From: Octopus sinensis
Taxonomy: Eukaryota
Length of the DNA stretch: 64,000 nt
Reading direction: 5' to 3'
NCBI RefSeq assembly: GCF_006345805.1
Contig: NC_042997.1
Span: 103,106,001 to 103,170,000 of the forward strand
In this document: positions 1-14,697 of the stretch, piece by piece
Layout of the letters: every line of letters starts with the position of its first letter
Position numbering within the stretch: the first letter of the stretch is position 1
The notes under the pieces: model-generated
Told to the model about the DNA's origin: nothing
The model's database searches: none
What the model saw: the letters and a program-made list of their open reading frames with translations, nothing else
Program-made: the position numbers and the translations under genes

Positions 1-158
1 TATGCACAGCTAATAAAACAGCTCCACCAAGAAATGAAAGAGCAACAGCAACCAACAAGCCAGTCCAACCAAAACGACACCCCCATCAGCGTCACAAAGA
101 ACAGAAACAACATCATCCCCATCACCACCACCACCACCACCACCAACAACAACAACAA

Positions 159-191
<33 letters not shown>

Positions 192-690
192 CTATAGAAG
201 CACCAAATGAAGATGAGAAAAACAAAAGGATTTATACCCCACCCCTAAAAACCCATACACCAGATCCCAACTGTCACCAACTAACACAAACACCAACACC
301 AACAACAAAAACATTAACACACTCAGAAATAGACCCCAATACTCTCTCCTTACCACTTTCTGATTCCTCCGACATGTCGTCCGATGACAGCGACATGGAG
401 GAATGGCAAGTGGCCACAGAAGGTGAAAAAGGGGAAAAAAAGAAAAGAGAAGTGAAGAAACAACCATAACTGTATTGAAATCCGAGACATCCAGCCTGCC
501 CTCCAAAACCAAAACACCCGCACAAAACAAAAGCATTAAAACAAACACAGAAACACTCAATGAATCCCCAATGCTGACAGCAATAAACACAAATAATCCA
601 AACCTAATGCAATACATTCGGTCAAACACCAACATAACAGAAGACAATTTCAAAACAATCACCTACGCACAACACCACCACAACACATAA
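1..690 (+). other. A/C-rich degraded coding-like sequence, possibly a retroelement ORF remnant, with (ACC)n/(AAC)n tracts
   Basis: Strong A/C strand bias and a short acidic/basic frame (DSSDMSSDDSDMEEWQVATEGEKGEKKKREVKKQP). No diagnostic motif recognised. Confidence 0.25.
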
Positions 691-853
691 AAATCCTACA
701 CGTAATACAAAACACACAACACATTGAAATCTCTCTACCCTGATGCAGTAGGGAGATTTCAAAAGTATTTATCAAAAACGAAAGTACAAAAACCCGAGGG
801 AAGATTGTAAGGAGAACAACCAGCTATCGAACAATAAGTGACTCTCTCCTTCT

Positions 854-855
<2 letters not shown>

Positions 856-906
<51 letters not shown>
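856..906. repeat. (CT)n microsatellite
   Basis: Direct reading of the sequence. Confidence 0.95.
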
Positions 907-908
<2 letters not shown>

Positions 909-948
909 CTTTTCCTTTCTTCTGTAAAACACAACTTTCGATAGGAAC

Positions 949-2600
949 ATGCTTAGAATAGGTTGTATAAATGTGCGTGGCTTGGGGTCGCCTTGCATAC
1001 AAGGCTGCCTGTTAAATGATATCAAGTCACAGAAATTGCATGTCATAGTCATCAGTGAGACCCTACTTCACAACCCGCGGACCCCCCAGTACATGTTCGG
1101 CGGACAATTCGACATTTATTTTTTTCCGTGTCTGCCGAGAATGAGAAGAGGTGGTACTGCGGAGATTTTCGGAAGAGTCTGGACCTCAAGGTAAGAGCAA
1201 TATTCCTAGACCCCGTGGGTAGGCTGGTCGTCTTGAGTGTCAATGCAGTAATAGGTGTACTTTTTGACTTATAACAGTTTACAAACCATCCTTAACGGGT
1301 CGACCGGATTTCTTTCGACATCTAGAGGTTTTCCTGGGAACGTCTCGACCTTTACTTTTAGTGGGGGATTGGAACGTTACCTTGGAAACGCATCTAGACT
1401 ACGTAGGTAGAGATAGGAGGGGATGTAAATGCCTCAAAGACCTGCTCAGACGTTTCCAATAGTCTGACAGGTACCGACTGTCCCACCCTACCATTACCAA
1501 ACTGGAACGCATACTCTTCCGTTTTTTGTGAAAGGGAAGCGTTCTGATGGTTAGGCGATCCATTTGCTGCCAACACCCGCTAAATGGAGGGCTGGGAATG
1601 CCGTGGTTGATGATGCGCAGACTTGCACTGGGACTGCGACATCTCCGGCGCTTCATAAACGACGTGTAGTCGCCGTTTGTGAGACGCGCTTTCCGCAGCT
1701 TGTCTCTTTGGCCGAACTGCAGTCATGGATCAAATAGAGACCGAGGCTAGGCGAATGGCACTACGAGTGCCGTCTTGCTCTCGAGCAACTCTGCCGTCCG
1801 GGACCAAACTTGTGCGACTTCAAATGCACGAAGGCGTTCTATAGAGGATTAGTTGAGGGAGGTGCGACGACGTTCTTGAGGAGAATTTGGGCATCAACAG
1901 GGAACGCCTGACCCGCCTCTTCAGGATCACTTTCGGGCTGGAACCTATGGACAATCACCAGAGATCCCTGGCCTGGTAGTGCAATCTGAAAGCATTGCCC
2001 GTTTGGAATAAGCTCTAGAGTCAGGGTTCGAGAAACACCAGACCGACTTGCCCGAGATGTGGTCAGAGCGACGAAACCGTTCTGCACGCACTCATGCAGT
2101 GTCCAACCCTTTCAGACCCGTGGCCTTATGTCGAACGGCTGCTGTCACGTGTAGGACGAATTAAGTTATCGGCCGAGTCTATCGTGAATATTGCCCCGTC
2201 ACCTTCCTTTAACCGGAAAGTCAAGGCAGTTTTCATTGTACTGGCGACTATGGTAAAAGAATGTGTATGGTGGACACGTGCGAAAGGTTTAGAGACAAAC
2301 ACTTTCCACTCTGGCCAATCACTCAACAACTTTTTCAAGTACCACTTGAATAGAAAGGTGACAATAGAGCGGGAAGTTTTGACTCATGTAAGTTTCAATA
2401 AAAAGTGGAAGAATGTAGCAAGGATGGTATGCGTGAATGACGAAACTACTTTCAGCATGATTCTCTAAATCCAAAAGGGAGAGAGCAAGAACGCTTTGTT
2501 CTCATGTGTTTCTTTCCCTCCCTGAGGTTACCGTGGTCTTTTCCGTAGGCTTTCCTTTCTACAGATAAACCTAATCTGTTTTACATTTCTACTCCGCATT
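949..2600 (+). mobile_element. L1-clade Tx1-like non-LTR retrotransposon ORF2 remnant (APE endonuclease plus C-terminal region, RT deleted)
   Basis: MLRIGCINVRGLG...HVIVISET and later LVGDWNV match APE endonuclease motifs. Near 1590 the frame is already at the post-RT GLGMP motif. The C-terminal QCPTLSDPWPYVERLL...KECVWWTR segment (2094-2468) is Tx1-like. Multiple stops and frameshifts. Confidence 0.8.
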
Positions 2601-2651
2601 AGTTTGCTGTTTATACGTTCCAAACGCTTTCGATTCCATTTGATCGTATAT

Positions 2652-2668
2652 TTTTCTTTCTCTCTTTC

Positions 2669-2766
<98 letters not shown>

Positions 2767-2834
2767 TCCTTCTTTCTAAAAGTTCTACTTTGTATTGTCC
2801 CCTCTGTGTTCGGCCCTGTGTGGCTAATAAAGAA

Positions 2835-2896
<62 letters not shown>

Positions 2897-2907
2897 ATAT
2901 CTGTCTT

Positions 2908-2940
<33 letters not shown>

Positions 2941-2951
2941 CTATCTCTCTC

Positions 2952-3000
<49 letters not shown>
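2652..3000. repeat. Compound microsatellites (TTTC)n, (TATC)n, (CT)n, (TA)n
   Basis: Direct reading of the sequence. Confidence 0.95.
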
Positions 3001-3443
3001 TTACCTACGTACGTATGTACCTACCCTACCTACCCATCTACCTACCCAACCACCCACCTATCTACCTATCTATCTACGATGACATATTTGATATAGAAAC
3101 TAGCACCAACAGATGATGGAGAAAAGAATCAGGAATTTATAATGGTTAACTATATCATAATTCATAGTTAAAGTTCTAAATATAAAGAGAAGAAAAAAAA
3201 ACAACAACAGGATAGCTGCAATCAAAGTTAACCTGATAAATGTCAGACAGCCCTGTTTCATTCGATTAGATGAATTTATGTTATGAATCTTCTTGAATAA
3301 ACTGAAATTAGAAGTTAGCAATAGTAACTATTACAACTACTACAGCTTATAAGTGCTTCATCATCGCTACTATGATAATATTCAGCTCCATCATTGTAAC
3401 TATCTTGAACAGGTCTACCAAAATGGTCATTAAAACCCCAATC

Positions 3444-3549
3444 ATCATCACCACCACCACCACCACCACTACCACCACCACCACTACCAGCACCACCGTC
3501 ACCACCACCATTGTCGTCGTTGTCGCCGCCGCCGCCGCCGCCGTCGTCG

Positions 3550-3597
<48 letters not shown>

Positions 3598-3603
3598 ACA
3601 ACA
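3444..3603. repeat. Compound trinucleotide microsatellite (ACC)n-(GTC/GCC)n-(ATC)n
   Basis: Direct reading; it produces the homopeptide ORFs 3347-3604 and 3372-3647. Confidence 0.9.
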
Positions 3604-4671
3604 ATGGTAAAAACTGCAGATATATAAGTCTGTTTCTATGCCACTGAGAGTAGATCCTCTACGTGGTCACTCGTCTTGCTAAAAAACAACAGTGAAGTCT
3701 TCCTCAAATCTCAGTTCTACTATTAAAAATGAGAAAGAAAACATTAAAAATAATATGGTCGAACCCACCCCTGTAAAATCAGGATGGTCACAGCTTTGAT
3801 CAAAGATCTGTTTACTGAGGACTGACCTAGAGCAAACTAACAACGAAAGCAACATCAAATATAATATAGAACAACACCATTATTTCATCCGTCACCGACA
3901 ACTTGATTACTATTGTTACCGCCTCCCATTATCATTATTATCAATGTCGCCGCCATTGTTGACGTTTTTATGGTCCTTGTCCGCGTCACGCATAACTGAT
4001 AATCAAATAGATAGGATCAAATTTATTATTGTAACTAAAACCAATGAAATCAACGTTGCAGAGAATGGCTGGCAACAGCTTGGTATGCAAGTTTGGATTC
4101 GGTGGGCGGTGCTATTAGCAAGTTGCTCTTCCCTTTCCCTTAAAGCTATAATTCATGGCTATTTGTTATACATTCAATATACAAATCAAATTTAACATCC
4201 ATTGCAGACTTCAAGACCATTCCATGATCGTAGAAGTATGTGGAATGCTAAGTTAATAATTGATCAATTCAATAAAAAGAGAAAGAAGAGAAATGCCTAA
4301 TAAAACCTCTTCAACAGTATGAATCAATGTTTGAAAGCAGAATTTATCAATTTACATTGATTCATTTTCATTAGACTCTAGGTCGAGTTCTGTAGCGCAG
4401 AGATTTTACATCAGCCAATGATATATCTGATATTCTATCCAAGCTTGATGGATGAAAAATCATTGTTCATTCTGGAAGAATCTGAATTTTAAATCAACAG
4501 GAAATAGTTCAGTGTAGTGTAGTTTTTATTTTTCCGAGCTTCTACAAAGAAAGACATTTCTCCACGATACAGTGCAAAAGAATTGGTAATATTTTAAGCC
4601 AAAAATTAATGCAGAACTCAGGGACCTTATTAAACTATATCAACTGTTGTTTATTAAATGATAATAATAAA

Positions 4672-4920
4672 TGCGCCCTTTTAAAGCCTAGCCAGGCTCA
4701 TGGGTCCGGTTTCCCCGATTTCAATGGCATATATGTCCCCCAGCTGGACGGGACACCAGTCCATCGCAGCGTTAATCATTTTTTTCAGCTGGGTGGACTG
4801 GAGCAACGTGAAATGAAGTGTTTTGCTGAAGATCACAACGAGTCGCCCGGTCCAGGAATCGAAACCACAATCTTACGATCATGATGCTGACACCCTAACC
4901 ACTAAGCCGCGCGCCTCCAC
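4672..4920 (-). mobile_element. tRNA-derived SINE, family A
   Basis: Reverse complement of the 7302-7602 element: tRNA-like head with B-box GGTTTCGATTCC, body GCGATGGACTGGTGTCCCGTCCAGCTGGGG, and tail GCCTGGCTAGGCTTTAAAAGGGCGC. Confidence 0.85.
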
Positions 4921-5415
4921 GTTATTTATTTAGGTAATACAAAAATCAATATAAACTAGCATACTGAAGTGAACATCCCAAGTAATTAGCTTTTAATTGT
5001 TTCGTTTATATGATTAATAAATGTATTAGAACACAATATACCGATTATATCAATATCGCAGTTGTATAATAATAAAGTACAACTTTCCAATTATCTGATT
5101 TTTAGAATTTTTACCTCAAAATACTGGAATCCTTTGAATAGGGAAAGGAATACAAATTATACAATAATACAAATTTAACTTTTAGCCTGCCTGCCTGGGG
5201 AAGTTACATATAAGTTGAACTCCTGGAAACGGCTTTATTGTTTGGAAACTGGTGAGAAAGTTACAGGCGTATGGAGAATATCACCAATGTTAAAGGATTT
5301 TATTGCTAGCATGAAACTCATAGTAGCCTTGACCCATAAACAAAGAATTTTTATCCCTCAATGCGGTGCTGAGCACTCATTCACATTGTTCGACATAAAT
5401 ATGTGTATAGGTGTG

Positions 5416-5454
<39 letters not shown>

Positions 5455-5499
5455 GCAAGCTCCAAGGATCAAGGTGTAGGAAGTTAATAAGCTTCGAGC

Positions 5500-5800
5500 A
5501 GTTTGTAGAAGGTATGAAAGACAACTTACAGGAACAATAGTGGTTTATTGACGTAGAAGGTTGTAAATGTTTCACATATCGAAGTTCGATAAGCTGAAAA
5601 AAGTTATTTTAAAGTTAACGGTCAGCAGCTGTGATTGCTTATATGCGAATAAAGGTAAAAAAAATTAGGGAATAGAGTAGATAAAATCCAGGCTACATAT
5701 GTTTCAGAGCTGGCAGAGGCTCGGAAGTAGTAATTATACAAACGAAGGGTAATCTGTTAGCTACTCGTCGGGCCAAAGATATCTGAATCAAATGAAGTTA
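5500..5800 (+). repeat. Old unclassified dispersed repeat, homologous to ~30500-30850 (minus strand)
   Basis: Shared blocks such as ACAATAGTGGTTTATTGACGTAGAAGGTTGT / ACAATACTGGGTTATTGAGACGGAAGGTTGT and GATAAAATCCAGGCTACAT / GATAAGATCCGGGCTACAT. Confidence 0.55.
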
Positions 5801-6382
5801 CATTGTCGTCAAGGGGGTTCCATGTTAACTCGCAGGAGGTTCGGTCGAATCTCCTGCGAGTTAACGCAGAATAACATGAAATGAAGTGTTTCGTTCAAGA
5901 ACACAACGCACCGTCCAGTGCGGAAATCGAAATCAGTATTCCGCAACTGTGAGTGCAACGCAAATGCGTGTGCGGATTTAAATGCGGATCACTATTGAAA
6001 TGCTTGTACATGTACGTTTACTTACATAGGAATTTGGATGCTACTGTGCTCTAAATCATTTCCTTTTTGCTGACCATCACAAAAACACACATACACACAT
6101 ACACACACATGTATATATGAAAGTCTATGAGGATTACTTAATATAGATTTTGAAGTGTAAAGATGATTTGTTTTTAAAAAACTATTTCAAAAAGAACATG
6201 CTATGAAATCTTTTATGAGGATGTTACCCACATACTAGACAAAAAACTTCTTCCCGAAAAAGGTTAGCGACATCCTCATAAAAGATCGCAGTTTATTACA
6301 AATAAAATGTCGCATTTTAAATTACTTGTTATTTCAGTCATTTAAAAACTCAATTATGTATACCTTTGCATTTAATCTTGTC

Positions 6383-6502
<120 letters not shown>

Positions 6503-6509
6503 ATCTTTC

Positions 6510-6735
6510 TAACTGTGTGTGTGATTTGTATCTGTACTTGTCCCTGCTACCGCTTGCCAACCGATGTTGGTGTGCTTACGCCCTCGTAACTTAGCGGTTC
6601 TGTAAAGGAGAGCAGTAGAATAAGTACCAGGCTTAGCAAAAAAATAAAAATAAAAATAAAATAAAAATTAAAATTAAAATTCTTCAAGGTGGTGCCCAAT
6701 ATGGCCGCAGTCTAATGAGTGAAACAAGTGAAAGA
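6510..6735 (+). mobile_element. CORE-type SINE, 3' half
   Basis: Matches the 3' part of 23593-23997 (CAACCGATGTTGGTGTG...AACTTAGCGGTTC...GAATAAGTACCAGGCTT...ATGGCCGCAGTC). Confidence 0.75.
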
Positions 6736-6748
6736 TAATCATTGTTAA

Positions 6749-7220
6749 AGTGATAGTATGTTGTCAAATTAATATGACAGGCCCATGAAAGGGAAGAATG
6801 CTACTGTTATTTAGCCCTAGGGAACACCGTTTCCTGTTGGACTTGACACATTTCCTGTGCCCTTATGTTTTTAAAGTAAAGACAAGCACGTCCACCCAGC
6901 TAAGCCAGCATCCAGAGTCATTGCTCATCATCAGTCTGGAATAGCATGGCTTGCTAGCTGTCGAGATTTAGAAATGTGTTATTTCTATTTTCAAAAATCA
7001 GTGAATGTATTTCACTTGAAATTATATGTTTTCAAAGGCAGATAGGCATCGACAGAGCAATGGCTCTGAAACTAGTCCTTGGGTGCTGGCTTTGCTGGGT
7101 GGAGGTGCTTGTCTCCACTTTGAAAACATAAGGACACGGGAAATGTGTCAAGTCCACCAGGAAACAGTGTTTCCTAGGGCTAAATTACACTAAGACATTC
7201 AGTTGACAATATACTATCAC
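6749..7220. mobile_element. MITE with long (~170 bp) imperfect TIRs; TTAA-type, Kolobok-like termini
   Basis: The left arm AGTGATAGTATGTTGTCAA...TTTAGCCCTAGGGAACACCGTTTCCTGTTGGACTTGACACATTTCC is the reverse complement of the right arm ending TTGACAATATACTATCACT. Flanks are TTAA (left) and TTAT (right). Confidence 0.75.
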
Positions 7221-7301
7221 TTTATCGTGCTGCTACTGCAGAAATCGCTCTGAGAGATTTAGAAATGTATTATTTCTATAATCATTGTTATGATAAAGTA
7301 T

Positions 7302-7602
7302 GTGGGGGCGCAGTGGCCCAGTGGTTAGGGAAGCGGACTCGCGGTCGGAGGATCGCGGTTTCGATTCCCAGACCGGGTGTTGTGTGCGTTTATTGAGCAA
7401 AAACACCTAAAAGCTCCATGAGGCTGCGGCAGGGAGTGCTAGCGACCCCTGATGTACTCTTTCGCCCCAACTTTCTCTCACTCTCTCTTCCTGTTTCTTG
7501 AGTAACGCTGCGATGGACTGGCGTCCCGTCCAGCTGGGGGAAACACATACGCCATAGAAACCGGGCCCATGAGCCTGGCTAGGCTTGAAAAGGGCGAAAA
7601 AA
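7302..7602 (+). mobile_element. Full-length tRNA-derived SINE, family A, with 12-bp TSD
   Basis: A-box GTGGCCCAGTGG, B-box GGTTTCGATTCC, A-rich tail. TSD ATGATAAAGTAT at 7290-7301 and 7603-7614. Confidence 0.92.
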
Positions 7603-7631
7603 ATGATAAAGTATAGGAGTAATTAGTTTAA

Positions 7632-7835
7632 CCCTTTGGCACAAGGCTAGTAATTTCACAGGTGGTGGGGTACTTCGATTACATTGATCCTCCCAATCCT
7701 CAACTGATACTTATTTTATCGACCCCGAAAGAATGGAAGGTAAATTCGACCCCAGTGCGTAAAGTCGAACGAAATGCCGCCAAACATATGTCCGGTGTGC
7801 AAACAATTCTACCATTCTACCAGCTAGTTGCCTGA
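7632..7835 (-). mobile_element. SINE family B (degraded)
   Basis: Reverse complement of the AGGCGGCGAGCTGGCAGAA...GCCTTTCATCCTTTCGGGGTCGATAAAATAAGTA...CCTTGTGCCAAA consensus seen at 15842 and 20915. Confidence 0.7.
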
Positions 7836-7962
7836 AGTATGAAAGTAATTAAAGTCTTGAATGATATCAGGAATGGTACATACTTATTAAAGGAGGTGTT
7901 TGATGAGACACGACAGATGATTACTAGGCTTGCTTGGTTTTAAACAGAACCTTCTTTCTTTC

Positions 7963-7997
<35 letters not shown>

Positions 7998-8229
7998 GCT
8001 TCCTTTCTTCCTTTCTTTCTTTCTTTCTTTCTTTTTTCTAACCTATTTCAATTGTTCTCTCATCATGATGCTCTCATACCAAGCATCGAGAAATTCCCAA
8101 ATATGTTACAAATCTGTGAACTGGTCAACAATTAAAAAAAATAAAAACAAAACAAACACAACCTTATGTAGTCTACTCTCAGGAATACTGAACGCCTTTG
8201 TGTATTGTGAATGACTTGCTCCTAGGTTA

Positions 8230-8700
8230 CAATACACACACACACAAACTTACACACACAAACACATACACGCGCACACACACGCACGCACGCACACACG
8301 CAAGCACGCACATGTATTTACACACACACAAGCACACATGCACACATATTTACAGGTGGCGATGGGTAAATTGTCGCCATTTTGTATCTAAAATTTCAGG
8401 CACGTTCATTGTTTGGTTTTGATTTTGTCGACTACACAGTATAGTATGGTCAGTTGGGCACCTTTTTGAAAGCATTATATTCGTTCAGTACACATTAGCA
8501 AACAACCTCTTTTGTCTGATTTCTTCTCTTTCGTGCGTCATAAACCGTAGTATGCTTTACAAAGTTCACACACACACACACACACACACACATACTCACA
8601 CACACACATACGCACACACACAAACACACACACACACACACACACACTCACTCATAAATACACACACACGCACACATACACACAACCAACGCACATATGC
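8230..8700. repeat. (CA)n-rich microsatellites (two blocks)
   Basis: Direct reading at ~8233-8347 and ~8567-8684. Confidence 0.9.
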
Positions 8701-8779
8701 ATGCAAGATTCCACAGTTCAAGCATTACACCTTCACAGTCAGTCTATGAACTTTTCAGCCTATCCTCGTACTAACGATT

Positions 8780-8925
8780 TCAAATTTTGGCACAAGGCCA
8801 GCAATTTCGTGTGAGGGTTCAAGTCAATTAATATCGATTCCAGTTTTCAACTGCTGTTTTTATGGACCCCGAAAGGATTAATGGCAAAGTCGACCTCGGT
8901 GACATTTGAACTCAGAACGTGATGA
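8780..8925 (-). mobile_element. SINE family B fragment
   Basis: TTTCAAATTTTGGCACAAGGCCAGCAATTT...CCCGAAAGGAT...GGCAAAGTCGACCTCGG...TTTGAACTCAGAACG. Confidence 0.75.
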
Positions 8926-8948
8926 TAATGATGATGAGGATGATGATA

Positions 8949-8982
<34 letters not shown>

Positions 8983-9591
8983 CACAATTTGGTCTAAGTA
9001 TTTTTGGAGCAAAATGTTAGTCAATTCCACTGATCTCAGTGCATGCCCAGAATGATGTAAAACAAAGCCGAACTCGTCAGTAATTGAACATAGAACGTAA
9101 AGAGTCGGAAGAAATGTCTGACACGCTAATGATTACAACGCACAAATATTACAACGGCCCTGTGTGGATGCGTTTATGCTTCTTTGGACCATCTGTTGTG
9201 GATCGCCTTGACAACTTATGGATGATAAAATTAGAAACCAGAATGTAAAATTTTGGGGGAGTTGTGAGGAAGGGCGTTCTTGAAGCATTGAGAAAGTTCA
9301 AGTGAAGCTATGACAATACAGGAGAAGCGCACTCTCTATCTCTCACTCTCTCTCTTCGTCACACACACACACTTTATAGTGTTCTGCTTTTCCAAAGGAA
9401 ACACGTGGGATAGAGAGTTACCGAAGAAGCCACGGGATGTCTGACGAAAGAGCTTCGACCAAGAAACTAAAACAACGATAGTAAAGCTGAAGTGAAGACG
9501 AAATATATAGTGCGCAATAAGACCATTCCCAAGTATTATATAGAATACGATATCTTTAGAGGCCACTAGTAATGTCATTTTTATTTATTTA

Positions 9592-9846
9592 TGCGCCCTT
9601 TTCAAGCCTAGATAGGTTCATGGGCCTGGTTTCACGGTTTTTGTGGCGTATGTGTTCCCCCCAGATGGACGGTACGCTAGTCTATCGCAGCGTTACTCAA
9701 GAAACAGGAAGAAAGAGTGAGAGAAAGTTGGGGTGGAGTACGAGCCTCGTAGAGCTTTAGGTGTTTTCATTCAATAAACACACACAACGCCCGGTCTGGG
9801 AATCGAAACCGCGATCCTTCGATCGCGAGTCCGCTGCCCTAACCAC
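9592..9846 (-). mobile_element. tRNA-derived SINE, family A
   Basis: Reverse-complement match to 7302-7602. Confidence 0.85.
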
Positions 9847-10259
9847 AATAATGTAAGTTAATATAAGTCTACTTAATGTAAGTTTACCAATTTAGTCAAC
9901 AGTCGAGAAGTCGCCTTGGTGTGGTGCGCAGCACGACTACACGGTTCACAGTACATTTGTTAGAAACATATTGACCGAAGGATGAAATAATCGAAAACAT
10001 TAGAAGATACCAAATACATTAAAAGAGATACTGATAGACGATTATAGAAATAATTAACTTTTTTAATGATAAGAACAATGTTTTAATAATGCAGTGTATT
10101 TTAAACTCATTTTCAGGGCGTGTTGAAAAGGTAAAGAATTATGAGAAAACAAAATGTCACGGGAAATACAGCGAAATTTAATCTCGGTGAAAATTTTTGA
10201 GCAGCTTAATGTAGTCTAAAAAAAAAATGGATAATAAATTATATTTTGAAGAAAATATA

Positions 10260-12710
<2,451 letters not shown>

Positions 12711-13989
12711 GTTCACGAAGGTTTTATTTCTGCTGTTAGTTTATTTAATGATTTGATGAAAATACTTGGTCTTGGTATATTCAATCGTGTTATTTTTAAA
12801 GACTTAGGGTCTGATTGTTATTGCAAAAATAGTATTTCTCAATGAGCAGACCAATATTTGTTGGTTTAAATACGAATTGAGAGGTTTCTACGATTTTACT
12901 TTGCCAACGATCAATATCAAATATATAGAAAACAAATGAAAAAAGATACTTTTTTCCTCAAAAATGAGACACTTCTGTACAGCAAAAAACGGTAGCTAAC
13001 CAAGAAAAAGTAAGGTCATTTTTAGATTCAGCGCCCTCAAATTAGCTAAAAATGATGTTTGGTGTCTCGATACCATTCCAATTTTTTTTTTTTTTTTTGT
13101 TGAATAGTATTATCAATAATTTATACCCATATTGAATTGGACGAGTTTATATGGTTGCATGTGCATATTTCAAGCGATTCAACATAAACAAACCACTGGT
13201 TTGAATGAACCAGCCACTAAGAAGGGTGTATAGAATAAAAATAGAAGAAATAAAGAATCGGAAAAAACTAACATATGACCTAAATGTTTTGTCTTTTAGT
13301 CTATAACATAAGTTATAGGCCCATTACAATTTCAAAACAAACCCCCAAAACTTTAAATCACTTTTCGTCAATGACGTTCTTCACTCAGTTGAGGTGTATT
13401 TTATTCTATCAGCCATTTAAATCAGGAATTGTAGACAGACACTGTAGTTTTATTGCACTGTAGTCTAGTTGTCTTCATTATGGCTGTAATCAACCAGGTC
13501 AGTGGCATTTCAGGAGTCAGACATCAGTTACTACAGAATTCAGCGGTCACCCGCACACATATGCTTACACGCACAGACATATTCACGCAGATGTTATTGA
13601 TACTTTATATAGAATGGCCTCCTTACTGAGAATTTTAAAAAAATAGGCAAATTAATTTCTGAATGCGCAGACTTAATGATAATATATGTGCTGTTATAAC
13701 CACTGATGAAAAATTAAAGAATTCTCTATTCTTACATTCATCTCAAATGACTCAGTCAATTTTACAAACACAAAGGATATTTTGTTATAGATAAATTTAT
13801 GTAGGCATTCTGATACCCCGCCGGACATTTTGATTAAAGATACCAAAACTTAAAAGTCCGTATTGTTCCAGGTAAATAGCTCCTAATCGCATGAGCTATA
13901 TATTTTAGAATATATTACTTCGTGTAAAAGTCTTCACAAAATGAACTTCAGTTAGTAATCGGAATAATCAGTAACTCTCCAATAAATAT

Positions 13990-14400
13990 TTTGTTTTATA
14001 TTTCTTGAAAGTTTTTCCAGCCTTAAGGTGGCATCTCGTAATAAGTTCAGAGTGTTTATTAATAAGTCTTTCTTCAGATAGTAAATTATATATCTCTTCT
14101 CAACAAAGATTACATAAATTATAGTTTCTCATCATACGAGCTTCCTGCCCGTACCACGGTTCAGGAAATGTTTTATTGAGTTTTATTTTCCGCCAAGTGC
14201 CGGATTAGGATAGGCAAAGAAGTATTGTGTCTCCTGTTTATATCTTGAAGTGACGCAACCTGGTTATACTATCGATTTGTGAGAGAGTTCGTAGTTGCAC
14301 CCGGATATCTGTATCCGTATATTTCGGTCAGGACATAATATTTATATACAATGTTTTTACAGAGATAATCATTATCTAGAAAACAGGGACTTCTGTTACT
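13990..14400 (-). mobile_element. Penelope-like element remnant (GIY-YIG C-terminal region)
   Basis: Minus-strand translation includes NLC*EEIYNLLSEERLINKHSELITRCH, resembling the PLE C-terminal CNLC..E....LLNKRSEL...C.H motif. Confidence 0.55.
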
Positions 14401-14419
14401 GCTATTACATCTAATAGAA

Positions 14420-14533
14420 TTATTGGCATGCCGGACAAATTACTTAGCGGTATTTCGTCTATATTTACGTAATATGTTCAAATTCCGCCGACGTTGACCT
14501 TCCTTTCAACCTTTTGGGCTTATAATAGAAAGA
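14420..14533 (+). mobile_element. SINE family B (degraded) with (TTA)n tail
   Basis: ACTTAGCGGTATTTCGTC...TTCAAATTCCGCCGACGTTGAC...TATAATAGAAAGAATTATT. Confidence 0.65.
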
Positions 14534-14591
<58 letters not shown>

Positions 14592-14593
14592 TA

Positions 14594-14624
<31 letters not shown>

Positions 14625-14642
14625 TTATTATTATTATTATTA

Positions 14643-14694
<52 letters not shown>

Positions 14695-14697
<3 letters not shown>

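Noticed and set aside
3347-3647. Homopeptide ORFs here and at 19377-19656, 22915-23211, 29429-29698 and 41276-41881 as proteins
   Set aside because: They are read-throughs of microsatellites that lack stop codons.
7302-7372. tRNA gene (also the heads at 23593 and 31762)
   Set aside because: These are A/B-box heads of SINEs continuing into SINE bodies; they do not form a complete cloverleaf.
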